A stretch of 64,000 nt of DNA from Mobula hypostoma. Taxonomy: Eukaryota. Where the stretch lies: contig NC_086098.1 in assembly GCF_963921235.1 (NCBI RefSeq), positions 4,402,001 through 4,466,000 on the forward strand, written 5' to 3'. Below, piece by piece: positions 1 through 45,433 of this stretch (positions within the stretch are counted from its first letter, which is position 1; every line of letters starts with the position of its first letter). Under the pieces are notes generated by a model. That model was given only the letters and a program-made list of their open reading frames with translations. It made no database searches and was not told the origin of the DNA. The position numbers and the translations under genes were made by a program.

Positions 1-34033
<34,033 letters not shown>

Positions 34034-34049
34034 ATGTCTATGTAAATAT

Positions 34050-34450
34050 GAGTGGGCGTCTCTCGGTTTACGGCCGGGGGAGTGAGCGCACTCTCCCACT
34101 GGGAGCGGACCGGTTCTCCGGGAGGAGGCGCTGCCGCCGGAGTCTGCTGCGGCCTGCGGTCCCCGCTTGTTGCCGCGCCTCCCCCGTCCCCGTCTCCGGG
34201 TTCCAGGGGACGCCGGGCGAACGGAGGATGGGCGGCCGGCTGGCGCGGACTCTGCGGAACTTTAACTTGGAGAACCGGGCGCACCGGCAGGTGGGCCGGA
34301 GGAAACCGAGCGTTGCCCCGAGACACCCGAGTACCGGAGCGCGCCTGGAGCGGCAGTGGAGGGGTGGGTGAGAGCCGGGGGGCGAGGGGGATTGCGGAGG
34401 GGACGGGACGGGACGGGATGGGATGGAGGGGTGGTTCCGTACTCGGTATC
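34050..34450 (+). promoter_or_regulatory. CpG island / probable NDUFAF4 promoter, 5' UTR and exon 1
   Basis: Abrupt GC- and CpG-rich stretch around the start codon, against CpG-poor flanks. The TSS cannot be located from sequence. Confidence 0.75.
34228..34363 (+). CDS. NDUFAF4: NADH:ubiquinone oxidoreductase complex assembly factor 4, coding exon 1 (136 nt)
   Basis: Encodes [36 protein letters not shown]..., matching the recalled NDUFAF4 N-terminus (RNFNLENRA...[11 protein letters not shown]). Met-Gly start; phase-1 donor G|GTGGGT at 34364. Confidence 0.95.
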
Positions 34451-34757
34451 CCTGCTATGCGCTCTCTACCCGTCCCCTTTACACTGTGCCTGCCCCGTGT
34501 GCACTGAGGGACAATCTCAAACAGGTCACACGAGGTTAAGGTGACTTTGAGGCTCTCTCGGTACAGGCTGGCTGCCCAGTCTCTTTTATCAGGTCTGTAA
34601 TATCCTGGTACTGTATATATGTCAGCTTTAATTTCTCTGGCAGCAAAGAACATGGTCAAACAAATCCAAAATTAAATTGGACTGGAGTTTGGGTTCTCTG
34701 GTGACATAACTTATTGACTACGGTGTATGGACCAAACTGACTCTGGGAGTCATTCCT

Positions 34758-35323
34758 GGATACAGTTGCAGCTATATAGGACCCTGGTCAGACCCCACTT
34801 GGAGTACTGTGCTCAGTTCTGGTCACCTCACTACAGGAAGGATGTGGAAACTATAGAAAGGGTGCAGAGGAGATCTACAAGGATGTTGCCTGGAATGGGG
34901 AGCATGCCTTACGAGAATAGGTTGAGTGAACTCTGCCTTTTCTCCTTGAAGCAACGGAGGATGAGAGGTGACCTGATAGAGGTGTATAAGATGATAGGCA
35001 TTGATTGTGTGAATAGTCAGAGGCTTTTTTCCAGGGCTGAAATGGCTAACACAAGAGGAGAGGTTTAAGGTGCTTGGAAGCAGGTACAGAGGAGATGTCG
35101 GGGTAAGATTTTTTTACACAGAGAGTGGTAAGTGTGTGGAATGGGCTGGTGGAGGCGGATACGATAGGGTCTTTTAAGAGGCTCCTGGACAGATATATGG
35201 AGCTCGCTCAGAAAAATTGAGGGCTACGGGAAACCCTGGGTAATTTCTAAAATAAGTACATGTTTGGCAAAACATTGTGGGCCGAAGGGCCTGTATTGTG
35301 CTGTAGGTTTTCTATGTTTCTAT
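34758..35323 (+). mobile_element. CR1-clade LINE, 5'-truncated 3' fragment
   Basis: LYRTLVRPHLEYCAQFWSPHYRKDVETIERVQRR...RRMRGDLIEVYKM is the CR1 ORF2 C-terminus; 3' tail gggccgaagggcctgtattgtgctgtaggttttctatgtttctat. Confidence 0.92.
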
Positions 35324-35443
35324 AATTTTTCTTCCTTGCTGATAACGCCCCTGTAAAGTGCTTTGGGGACATTTGTTATCTTGTGGTTGAGATAGAAATT
35401 ATACTAAATTATTGAAGCCAAAGTAAGAATAGGAAGAATTGCA

Positions 35444-35756
35444 GGGCAGCACAGCACGGTAGCAGTTAGCACAACGCTTTACAGCGCTAGTTGTAAGATT
35501 GGGGTTCAATTCCCACCTCTGCCTGTGCAGTTTGTGTGTTCTCCCTGTGACCGTGTGCGTTTCCTCCGGGTGCTGAGGTTTCCTCCCACAGTCCAAAGCT
35601 GTATGGGTCAGGGTTAGTTGTGGGCATGCTATGTTGGCACTTGTGGGCTGCCCAGCACCATCTTTGCTGATTTTATTTGATGCAAATGACTCATTTCACT
35701 TTAGTTTTATTTGTTATACTTTCATTGAAACAATCTATTAAATAAAGTTAATCTTA
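35444..35756 (+). mobile_element. tRNA-derived V-SINE/HE1-like SINE
   Basis: B-box-like ggggttcaattccc followed by the V-domain-like ttctccctgtgaccgtgtgcgtttcctccgggtgctgaggtttcctcccacagtccaaag; AT-rich tail. Confidence 0.75.
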
Positions 35757-35849
35757 GAATAATCCATCAGTGTCACTATGTTGATCTATCATTTGTGCTT
35801 TTCCTGTCACCCATCCTTATTGCCTGACTCTTCCTGTACAGTCAGATAT

Positions 35850-36114
35850 AAAGATTAAAGATAAAGGTCAGCCTTATTGGTCACATGTACATGAAAACAT
35901 ACAGTGAAATTTGTCATTTGTGTCGACGACCAGCGTCGCATGCCCACAGCTTACTAACTGTGACCCGTAAGTCTTTTGAATGTGGGAGGAAAGCGAGGTG
36001 CCCAGACAAAACACACGTGGTCACAGGGAGAATGTACAAACGCCTTGTAAACAGCAGTGGGAATCGAACTCCGATTGGTGATTGTGCCAGCTGCAACACT
36101 ACTGTGCCACTGCA
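35850..36114 (-). mobile_element. V-SINE/HE1-like SINE, inverted relative to the preceding copy
   Basis: Reverse complement of the same core (tgtgggaggaaagcgaggtgcccagacaaaacacacgtggtcacagggagaa; gggaatcgaactc). Confidence 0.72.
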
Positions 36115-36559
36115 TTAAGCTTGGTTGTTTAATGATGTTACTAACTTCAAGCCAATTGAAATTTTCCAGAGCAAAGGTCTGTAAAGTGATGTGCTACACT
36201 TCCTAGACTGACAAGAATTGATCTCAAACTCTGCATCAGACAATGTAGCACATTGACAAAAAAAAAGTTCTCATTCTGGACCTGTAAAGCCAAAGTTGAA
36301 GAAAAACGAGAGCTTTCTTTGTCTTTTCTCACATGAGTTCTTGGCCCTTGAACCATTTAGAGAGTGATGGTGCCCCATTTGCCTTCATATGGAAATATGG
36401 AACAAAAACCTCCAACCTGTGCTGTCTGTTTAATATTTTGACTGTGTATTTCTATAAAAGTTAGTACTGGCATTTCAGATGTCATGCAGCTAAATTATCT
36501 TACCAAGGCAAGGGTAGTTTAATTTTAAGTTCAGGAAATGTTTCCCTACGGAATGTCTG

Positions 36560-37104
36560 AGTTATTTTTTTGTACACAGAGAGTGGTGTGTGAGTGGAAC
36601 CCTGCCAGGGGCGGTTGTCATATACAGATACATGAAGGATGTTTAAAAAAGCTCTTAGATAGACACAGGATTGGTGGAAAAATGGAGGGAGGCATGCCCT
36701 TTTCTCGCTGTTGCCATCGGGTAGGAGGTACAGAAGCCTGAAGGCACACAGCGATTCAGGAACAGCTTCTTCCTCTCTGCCATCCAATTCCTGAACGGAC
36801 ATTGAACTCTTGAACACTACCTCACTTTTTTAATATATAGTATATCTGGTTTTTTGCATAATTTTTAATCTATTCAATACATGTATACTGTAATTGATTT
36901 AGTTATTTATTATTAGTTTGTTTTTTTTTCCTTTTATATTATGTATTGCAGTGAACTGCTGCTGCTGTTAACAAATTTCACGTCACATGCTGGTGATAAT
37001 AAACCTCATTCTGAAAGGAAGGGTTAGATGGATCTTGGAAGGGGTTATAGGGTTGGCACTATATTATGGGCTGAGAGGCCTGTACTGTGCTATATTGTTC
37101 TATG
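36560..37104 (+). mobile_element. CR1 3' end interrupted by a Rex1/Babar-like 3' fragment (~36691-37014)
   Basis: CR1-type sequence (acacagagagtggtgtgtgagtggaac ... gggctgagaggcctgtactgtgctatattgttctatg) split by ttgccatcgggtaggaggtacagaagcctgaag...ttcaggaacagcttcttc (LPSGRRYRSLK...FRNSFF), which ends in aataaacctcattctga. Confidence 0.7.
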
Positions 37105-37140
37105 AATAATTTCTGAGATCATGCCAAATTCCATTAATGA

Positions 37141-37495
37141 ACCATAAGATATAGAGCAGAATTAGAGTATTTGGCCCAGCTACTCAGTTCTGCCATTTCA
37201 TCAGGGCTGATCCATTAACCTCTCTACCCCAATCTCATACCTTCTCCTTGGAACCTTTCATCCCCTGAATAATCAAGAACCTATCATCCTCTGCCTTAAA
37301 TACACCCAATGATTTGGCCTCCACAGCTGCCTATAGCAACAAATTCCACTAATTCATCACCGTCTGGCTAAAGAACTTACTCCTCACCTCTGCTGTAAAT
37401 GGACATCCTGCTATTCTGAGGCTGTGCACTTTGGTCCTGGACTCCCCTACCAAAGGAAACATCCTCTTCACATCCACTCTATCTAGGCCTTTCAA
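37141..37495 (-). mobile_element. CR1 3' fragment ending ~47 bp before exon 2
   Basis: Reverse complement reads ttgaaaggcctagatagagtggatgtgaagaggatgtttcc...ctaattctgctctatatcttatggt, the same type as 38555-38898. Confidence 0.85.
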
Positions 37496-37542
37496 TGTGA
37501 ACATGTAGCCATGAAAATTAAAATTTGATTTGAATTCTGCAG

Positions 37543-37628
37543 ATCATCCTGAAGTTCACAACAAAAATGAAGAACTTTTGACTTTTCTGAAAAACGTTTA
37601 CGTTGATTCAAAGGATTATTCATCGAAG
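37543..37628 (+). CDS. NDUFAF4: NDUFAF4 coding exon 2 (86 nt; absent from the ORF track)
   Basis: Acceptor ttctgcag|AT and donor AAG|gtaagt. Encodes (D)HPEVHNKNEELLTFLKNVYVDSKDYSSK, matching the NDUFAF4 LL.FLK.VYVDSKD motif. 136+86=222 nt keeps the frame. Confidence 0.95.
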
Positions 37629-37825
37629 GTAAGTGTTGCAAAAGGTGCCCAGCAGTGAATGTTTAACATTGCACCATGGTGGGGGGGGGGGGATAATTTC
37701 TCTTGTGGCCCTTTGGTTTTTGTATACTGATATTTTTGATGTGTTCTTTGTTTTAAATGGGGATAATATACGGTACGATGATGGGGTGGAGATATGTCTC
37801 TACCAAAGGAGGTGTAAGGCAATCA

Positions 37826-37940
37826 CAGACAAGAGAAAATCTGCAGATGCTGGAAATCTAAGCAACACACAAAATGCTGGAGGAACTCAGCAGGCCAGGC
37901 AGCATCTATGGAGAGGAATACAGTTGACATTTTGTGCTGC
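37826..37940 (-). mobile_element. Isolated Penelope terminal-repeat (pLTR) fragment
   Basis: gagaaaatctgcagatgctggaaatctaagcaacacacaaaatgctggaggaactcagcaggccaggcagcatctatgg matches the ends of the Penelope copies elsewhere in the window. Similar short fragments occur at ~40230-40338, 41329-41425, 54183-54226, 57742-57860 and 62406-62503. Confidence 0.8.
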
Positions 37941-38044
37941 AACTCTGCGGCAAGACAAGAGGCACTCCTTCCCTCCACAGACCTGCAGGTGACCCGTGGG
38001 CAAGGTGCAGCACCTGTGTAGCCCTCCGATCAGGTTAGGAAACA

Positions 38045-38898
38045 GGTCGGCTGCAGAAAGACCTAAACAGATGAGGAGAATGGGCAAGAAAGTGGCAAAT
38101 GAAATTCAATCTTGGAAAATGCACGCACATGCACTTTGGTAGAAAAAATAAATGTGCAGCCTATTTTCTAAATGGGGAGAAAATCCAAAAATCTGATATG
38201 CAAAGGGACAAGGGAGTCCTTGTGCAGAACACCCTAAAGGTTAACTTGCAGGTTGAGTTGGTGGTGAAGAAAGCAAATGTCATGTTGGCATTCATTTCAA
38301 GAGATCTGGAATACAAACGCTGGGATGTGATGCTGAGGCTTTATAAGGCACAGGTGAGGCCACATGTTGAGTATTGTGAACAGTTTTGGGCTCCTTATCT
38401 AAGAAAAGATGTGCTGGTTCAGAGGAAGTTGTTAAGGATAATTCAGGAAATGAAAGGGTTATCATACGACAAACGTTTGATGGCTCTGGGTCTGTACACT
38501 CTGGAACTTAGAAGGATGGGGGTGGGGGTGGATCTCATTGAAACCTTTCAAATGTTGAAAGGCCTAGACAGAGTAGATGTGAAAAGGATGTTTCCCATGG
38601 TGGGGGAGTCTAGGACAAGAGGGCACAGCCTCAGGATAGAAGGATGTTCATTTAAAATAGATTTGGAGAAATTTCTTTAGCTAGAGGGTGGTGAATCTGT
38701 GGAATTTATTACCACGGGCAGCTATGGAGGCCAGGCCATTGGGTGTATTTAAGGCAGAGATTGATAGGTTCTTGATTGAACATGGCATCAAAGGTTGCAG
38801 GGAAAAGGCTGAGGAGGGGAAAAAGGGATCGACCGTGATTGAATGACAGAGCAGACTGGATGGGCCAGTGGCCTAATTCTACCCATATGTCTTATGGT
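38045..38898 (+). mobile_element. CR1 LINE 3' fragment (decayed ORF2 C-terminus)
   Basis: ORF 38099-38680 (MKFNLGKCTHMHFGRKN...LYKAQVRPHVEYCEQFWAPYLRKD...SRTRGHSLRI) plus a CR1-type 3' tail. Confidence 0.92.
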
Positions 38899-41160
38899 CA
38901 AACCACTTATCTAGAAAAATTTGCCAAGAACAATAATGGTCATGGAAGGACCATGATCGACCTCGTCATACAAAATGGTACATAATGAACAAACGAATAT
39001 ACAAGACGATACAAACAGTGGCAACTCGTGTTTGCTGACGGCACAGCTGTTGTAGACCGAATTAAGGGTGGTGACAAGTCATCTTATAGGAGGGAGAATG
39101 AAAATCTGACTGAGTGATGCCACAGCAATAACCTCTTATTCAGTATCAGCAAGGCCAATCCCTCACACAATATGGTACACAGTACTCAGTGTGTGGCCTC
39201 ACAAGAACATTATACAGCTTAAGGAGAATGTTTTTAGACTTGAACTCCACTGAGTGCATTATGTAGCCCAATATTCTATTAGCCTTCCTAATCACTTCTG
39301 TGCATCGTCTAGATACTGGTAGTGATGAGTCTACTGGGACGCCCAAATCCCTCTCATACAGTGTACTTTCTAGCTCAAGACCCCCCTCCCTTATATATTT
39401 ATATCTAATGTTTCTACTTTCTATATGTAATACTTTACATTAAATTTCATCTGCCATTTATCTGCCCACATCTGGATTTTGTTTAGATCTAACGGTATTG
39501 ATTCTACTGTTTGAATGTTATCAACCCGTCTCCCTAATTTTGTGTCATCAGCAAACTTCACTAGTTTATTTATTATGAGCTTATCCAAATTATTAATTTA
39601 AGTTTAAAAACAGCAGCAGCCCCAAAACCAACCCCTGCAGATCTCCATTTTTAACATCTTCTAGGTATGAAAATGATCTTCTCACCATAATTCATTGTTT
39701 TCTGTTTTTGAGCCAGTTCTGCACCCATTCGCACACCTTACCCTGAATCCCTACCTCCTGTAATTTGATTATTAACTTCTTGGGGGGGGGGGTACCTTGT
39801 CAAAAGCCTTCTGAAAGTAAATGATATCAACCACTCTATTGTTATCATAAGTTTTAGTTGTCTTTTCATGGAACTCCAGCACATGAGGAAAGCATGATTT
39901 CCCCTTTCTGAACCCATGCTAGCTTTCTGTTAATATGCCTGTTCTTATCAGCTGCTTTTTCAATTCGTTCTTTATTATTGTTTCCATTATCCTACCTATG
40001 ATACACATTAAACTTACTGGTCTATAGTTACCAGGGTCAACTGGGAGAAAGTTAGCCCATTCCCAGTCTTCAGGGATTTCACTAGTCTTCAATGACTTTT
40101 GAAAAAATACATGTTAGGGGTTTGTATATATAATCACAGACCTTTTTAGTACCCTTGGATATATGTTGTCTGGACCTAGAGATTCATTAACTTTCAGCCT
40201 TTTCAGCTGAAGCAGAACCTCACTTTCTAAACACAAAATAATCTGCAGATGCTGGGGTCAAAGCAACGCTCACAACACGCTGAAGGAACTCAGCAGGTCG
40301 GGCAGCATCTGTGGAAACGATCAGTCGACGTTTTGGGATATTGTTAACATCTTCACAGATGAATACTTTAGCAAAATATGAGTTAAGAGTATCCGCTATG
40401 TCCTTCTCTGCATAATACCTCACTATTAATCCTAATATACTGAACTTCCTCCTTGACTTTTCTTTTGCTACTAAATGTATTGAAAAATTTTAGGTCAATC
40501 TTGGCATTATCAGCAATATCCTTCTCAACCTGCCTTTTGGCAATCCGAATTTCTTTCTTGACTATAGCGCTCATATTTTCAAATACCTTATGGTTAATAT
40601 CATTACTTTTTTTTGTATTACTTATATAGCTGTCTTTTCTTCAATAAGTTTTAAGTGTATCTTTATTCATCCATGTAGTTGATCTATTGCTTCTCTTGAC
40701 CTTGGGTATGAACATTTCCTGCACTGTGCTGTTACCTCTTTAACTTGACCCTATAGTTTCCCAACGGACTCAATATCAAGCAGCTCCTTCCACCATCTGA
40801 AGTTTTTACTGCATCAGCATAACCTTTGCCTTTCTGAAATTCAATTTAATGGCTTTGGTTATTACTAAAATACTCTCCCAAAAAACTTCAAGACTAAATA
40901 ATTTCCATACTCAAAATTCTATCCTGATTTTTACTGAATATCAAACCTAGACAGGCCTCCCTTGTTGGTGCATTAGCATCATGGGTCAGAAAACAATCAT
41001 TCAACAACACAATTAATTCACTTCCCTATAATCCTTAGTTAATGGGTTCTCCCACTCAATAAAGTCTCCCGTAACTACAACATCACCCTAAGAACTTTCT
41101 TTCTTAATATTGTGATAGAGTTGTTTATTAAAATCAGTATCAGCATTAGAGGGTCTATAA

Positions 41161-42004
41161 CAGGGGTCCCCAACCTTTTTTTTTACCGCGGACCAGTTTA
41201 ATATTGACAATATTCTTGCGGACCGGCCGACCGGGGGGAGGGTGGGTGTTCAAGTAGGGTTGAACTCACCTCAACATGTCTTTTACAGTTAGAGTTGCCA
41301 ACTTTCTCACTCCCAAGTAAGGAACAAATCCTGACGAAGGGTCCCGGCCTGAAACGTCGACTGTACCTCTTCCTATAGATGCTGCCTGGCCTGCTGCATT
41401 CCACCAGCATTTTTTGTGTGTGTTGACAGGACACTTGTGTTTAACCCGAGAAAGACTACCGTGACCATGAAGCCTTGCGCGGGCACCTGTCTGCGCATGC
41501 GTGACGTGCGCCTACGTGCCGACTTTTTTTCAACAAATCGGTTTTGGCTTTATCTTCCCAACTACACTGTACATACATTATTTCTACTTTATATAGGCTG
41601 TGTATTTATCATATTGCTGCTTTTACTATATGTTAGAATTATTTTAGGTTTTATGAATTACTTGGTATGATTTGGTAGGTTATTTTTTGGGTCTGAGAAG
41701 GCTCAAAAAATTTTCCCATATAAATTAATGGTAATTGCTGCTTTGCTTTACGCCATTTCGGCACAAAAGGTTTCATAGAAATGCTCTACCTTAGTGGGGG
41801 AAATATTGGACAAGGGCAGTCCCGTACAGGACAAACCAATTTAGCCATATATATGGGATGTCCCGGCAAAAACAGGACAGTTGGCAACCCTATGTTCAAG
41901 TTCAACAGTGCGTGACAGGGAATGAGGAAAGGTACAGCTGACTCATATCGTTTTCTCGCGGCCCGGTAGCACATACTTTGCAGCCCGGTGGTTGGGGACC
42001 GCTG
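41161..42004. mobile_element. Non-autonomous hAT (Charlie-like) DNA transposon
   Basis: TIRs CAGGGGTCCCCAACC / GGTTGGGGACCGCTG (14/15 match); perfect 8-bp TSD GTCTATAA at 41153-41160 and 42005-42012. Confidence 0.92.
41255..41892. mobile_element. Second non-autonomous hAT element nested in the first
   Basis: Ends TAGGGTTG / CAACCCTA; perfect 8-bp TSD TGTTCAAG at 41247-41254 and 41893-41900; an extra TIR-like TAGAGTTGCCAACT at 41290. Confidence 0.85.
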
Positions 42005-42412
42005 GTCTATAACATACACCCATTGTTATTCCTTTATCCTCGTAGCTTTCAATTCTCACCCAGATAAGTCTCGATTCATCTTCTATCATAAGTAGCCTCA
42101 TGTTTAAACTGTCTGTTATGTATGTGGCTACTCCTCCACCTTTAAGATCTTGCCTATCTTTCCGAAGTAAAGTGTATCCTTTAATATTCTATTCATCAGC
42201 ATCTTCTGAGGAGAGCCAGGTTTTTATTATTGCTATTATATCATACTTATACACACTTGCATATAATTTCAGCTCGTTTATTTTATTCTTAATACTCCTT
42301 GCATTAATACAGGCTATCCTGAGTCTATTACTGATGTTTTTGTCCTATTCAGACCCATTTTGATATTTTTGAAGCCTTTGATTGGTTTATGTCCAAATAT
42401 GTTATTCTCCAC

Positions 42413-43406
42413 TGTCACGTACCCTGTGACGGGAATAAAGAACCAGCAGAAATAGAAAACTCTTTGGAGTCCAGTATTGCTATAAACTAATAATATTTAT
42501 TAGTAACTACGTAATACAGTAATATAATTGTAGACAAATCAAACAGGTTAGCAATGATTTTTTATATATATATATAAGTAAGTATATCAGTAAGTATGGA
42601 AATATATGTATGAAAAAACCAAGCTTCTTTAAGTCTAGGGGTAAAAAGATACAGTCTTACGATGATGAGTAAAGTTCAGTTCAGTTTGTGGTATTGAGTT
42701 GAGTAGCGATGGAGAGAGAGAGAGAGAGGGAGAGATTTGAGTCTTCAGGTGAGCTGACGCCGTCGATCTTCTTGTTGTTCTTCGAAATCCTTTAAAACTC
42801 ACCAACTGTGACTTTAACAAAGGGGACCGGGTTTCTGTGGTGGAGCTATGCCCCAGGCAAGGGTGGACACATGGACAACTCCCCACCAGTCAACCCTTTT
42901 CGTCTTTCCACTGCAAGAGCGATGGATCGATCCACCTGATCGATCATCCAAAACCCACTTATTCTGCGGGCACAACAATGCTCATTCAGTGTCCAAACAT
43001 GTGTCTAAGGTCTGTATCATCTGACCTCCTATTTTATCTCACCGTACTGGGTACCACCTGTCATTCAAATAACTCCTCCTTCCTTCCTCTGTGAAGAAAT
43101 GCAAGCAGGCAAAAAGTCCTTGAAGAAAGTGTCAACAACCTGCCGAAAATCATAACATTGCGTGTCCATTAATTAACACCGCTTTCGGTCACCATAGCAA
43201 CTTACGAGCTGCTCAGTGCTGTCTCCAACTCCAACTCCAACTCAGTAGAAATCCAAAGTTACTTCCGGTGCCTTAAAGTGACAGTCCAACTGTTAGCCTT
43301 CGTCTCTCTCTGTCTCTTTTATAAGCAAGCTATTGGTGGTAAATAACTCTCCCTCTCTCTCTTTTCAAAAGCACAGTTCATAGGGGTACTTGCGGATCCC
43401 GTCACA
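42413..43406 (-). mobile_element. Solo LTR (994 bp) inserted between CR1 ORF1 and ORF2
   Basis: TG...CA termini (TGTCAC...GTCACA), 4-bp TSD CCAC on both sides, minus-strand AATAAA near 42496-42501, no coding similarity. Strand is tentative. Confidence 0.8.
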
Positions 43407-44827
43407 CCACTAAGTTGTTTTTCAGAAAAGTTGTGAACAGCCTATTCTACTTCCCCTACCCTCCCATTCTCTAGTTTGAACAGTCCTCAACTAACTGAAG
43501 CATACACCTGCCCAGTACATTAGTGCCTCTCTGGTTCAAATGCATCCCGTCCCAGGTTCCATCTGCTCCAATGTCCCACAAACCTATGCCCCTCTAACCT
43601 ACACCATGATTTGAGCCATGTATTAAATCTTCTAATCCCTCCATTTTACCTGGAAGGGCGCGTGGCACAGTCAGAACTTCCGAGAGTTCTGTCCCTAAGC
43701 TTCCCACCTTACTCTTTGAATTTGTCTTGCTGAAGTGACAGCCTACCCTTACCTATGTCATTTGTTCCGATGTGGAGATTGACTACTGGATTCAACCCAA
43801 CTCTGCTAGGAACTTACCTATTCGTCCAGCAAGATTTCCTACTTGTGCTCCTGGTAGGCAACACACTGTACGAGACTCCTTGTCAGTACATAACTAACTC
43901 TCAAACCCTCTGATATTTGAGTCCCCTGCTATCACTACTTCCCTTTTTGTGGGGTTTAGATTTAGGGTTATAGAGTGTCCTGCGGGGCTCCTCTTTTCTG
44001 CCTACCACCTCATTCTAACCGTGCATTGAGGTAGTACAAGGTAAAACAATGACAGAATGCAGAATCAGACCATCAGAAGAGCAGAATTAGGCCATTCGGC
44101 CCATCATGTCTATGCTGTGTAACAGTACAGAGAGAGTTCAGTGCAGCTGAACAGTATGGTGCAAGGTCACAATGAGGTAGATTATGAGGTGAAGATGAAG
44201 GTACTTGAGGACAGAATGAGTGCATTAGCCTGTCTTTTCCACTTCAGTAATGGGTAGGTATTTTCATATGCCATTCAAGGAGAAATGCCATCCCCGTCTT
44301 TCAGTTCCTCCGCTGCATTTGCTCTCAGGATGAGGCTTTTCATTCCAGAACAACTGAGATGTCCCCATTCTTCAAAGAACGGGGCTTCAATTCCTCCACC
44401 ATCAATGCTGCACTCAATCGCGTCTCTTCCATTTCACGCACGTCTGCTCTTACCCCATCCTTCCGGCACCCCACCAGGGATAGGACTCCTCTTGTCCTCA
44501 GCTACCACCCCACCAGGGATAGGACTCCTCTTGTCCTCAGCTACCACCCCACCAGGGATAGGACTCCCCTTGTCCTCAGCTACCACCCCACCAGCCTCCG
44601 CGTCCAGCACATCATTCTCTGTAACTTCTACTGCCTCCAATGGGATCCAGCAGATCTCTCCCTCCCCTCCCCTCCTCCCCCCCCCACTTTCTGCAGTGAT
44701 CTCTCCCTACGTGACTCCTTCGTCCATTCGTTCCTCCCCGCTGATCTCCCTCCTGGCGCTTATCCTTGCAAGTGCCACACGTACCCCTACGCCTCCTCCC
44801 TCACTACTATTCAGAGCCCAAACAGTC

Positions 44828-45432
44828 ATATAACCATATAACAATTACAGCACGGAAACAGGCCATCTCAGCCCTTCTAGTCCGTGCCGAACTCTTACTC
44901 TCACCTAGTCCCACCGACCTGTACTCAGCCCATAACCCTCCATTCCTTTCCTGTCCATATAGCTATCCAAATTAACTTTAAGCAACAACATCGAACCTGT
45001 CTCAACCACTTCTGCTGGAAGCTCGTTCCACACAGCTACCACTCTCTGAGTAAAGAAGTCCCCCCTCATGTTACCCCTAAACTTTTGCCCTTTAACTCTC
45101 AACTGATGTCCTCGTTTCAATCTCCCCCACTCTCAATGGAAAAAGCCTATCCACGTTAACTCTATCAACCCCCTTCATAATTTTAAATACCTCTATCAAG
45201 TCCCCCCTCAACCTTCTACGTTCCAAAGAATAAAGACCCAACTTGTTCAACCTTTCTCTGTAACTTAGGTGATGAAACCCAGGTAACATTCTAGTAAACC
45301 TTCTCCGTACTCTCTCTATTTTGTTGACATCTTTCCTATAATTTGGTGACCAAAACTGTACACAATACTCCAAATTTGGCCTCACCAATGCCTTGTACAA
45401 TTTCAACATTACATCCCAACTCCTATACTCAA
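44828..45432 (-). mobile_element. CR1 3' fragment inserted into the Penelope element
   Basis: IEYRSWDVMLKLYKALVRPNLEYCVQFWSPNYRKD...LERRRLRGDLIEVFKIMKG; short-repeat 3' tail at 44828-44845. Confidence 0.92.
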
Positions 45433-45433
45433 T

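Larger units (their letters stand above)
39146..43975 (-). mobile_element. Decayed near-full-length CR1 LINE (esterase-type ORF1 plus EN/RT ORF2) with nested insertions
   Basis: Minus-strand motifs in the expected order: ORF1 VVIAGDSNIRG (~43930), CLPGA, HIGTNDIG, DGMHLNQRGT; endonuclease CINARSI (~42310), YDIIAIIKTWL, GVCYRP (split by the hAT), VVTGDF (~41070); RT KFADDT (~39550); LYNVLVRPHTEYC (~39200). Many stops and frameshifts. Confidence 0.88.

Noticed and set aside
34052..34544. Alternative-frame ORFs over the CpG island (151 aa, 62 aa)
   Set aside because: Expected by chance in GC-rich DNA, with no recognisable similarity.
35444..35520. tRNA gene suggested by a B-box-like GGTTCAATTCCC
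   Set aside because: It is the tRNA-derived head of a SINE and continues into the V-domain; no full cloverleaf is apparent.
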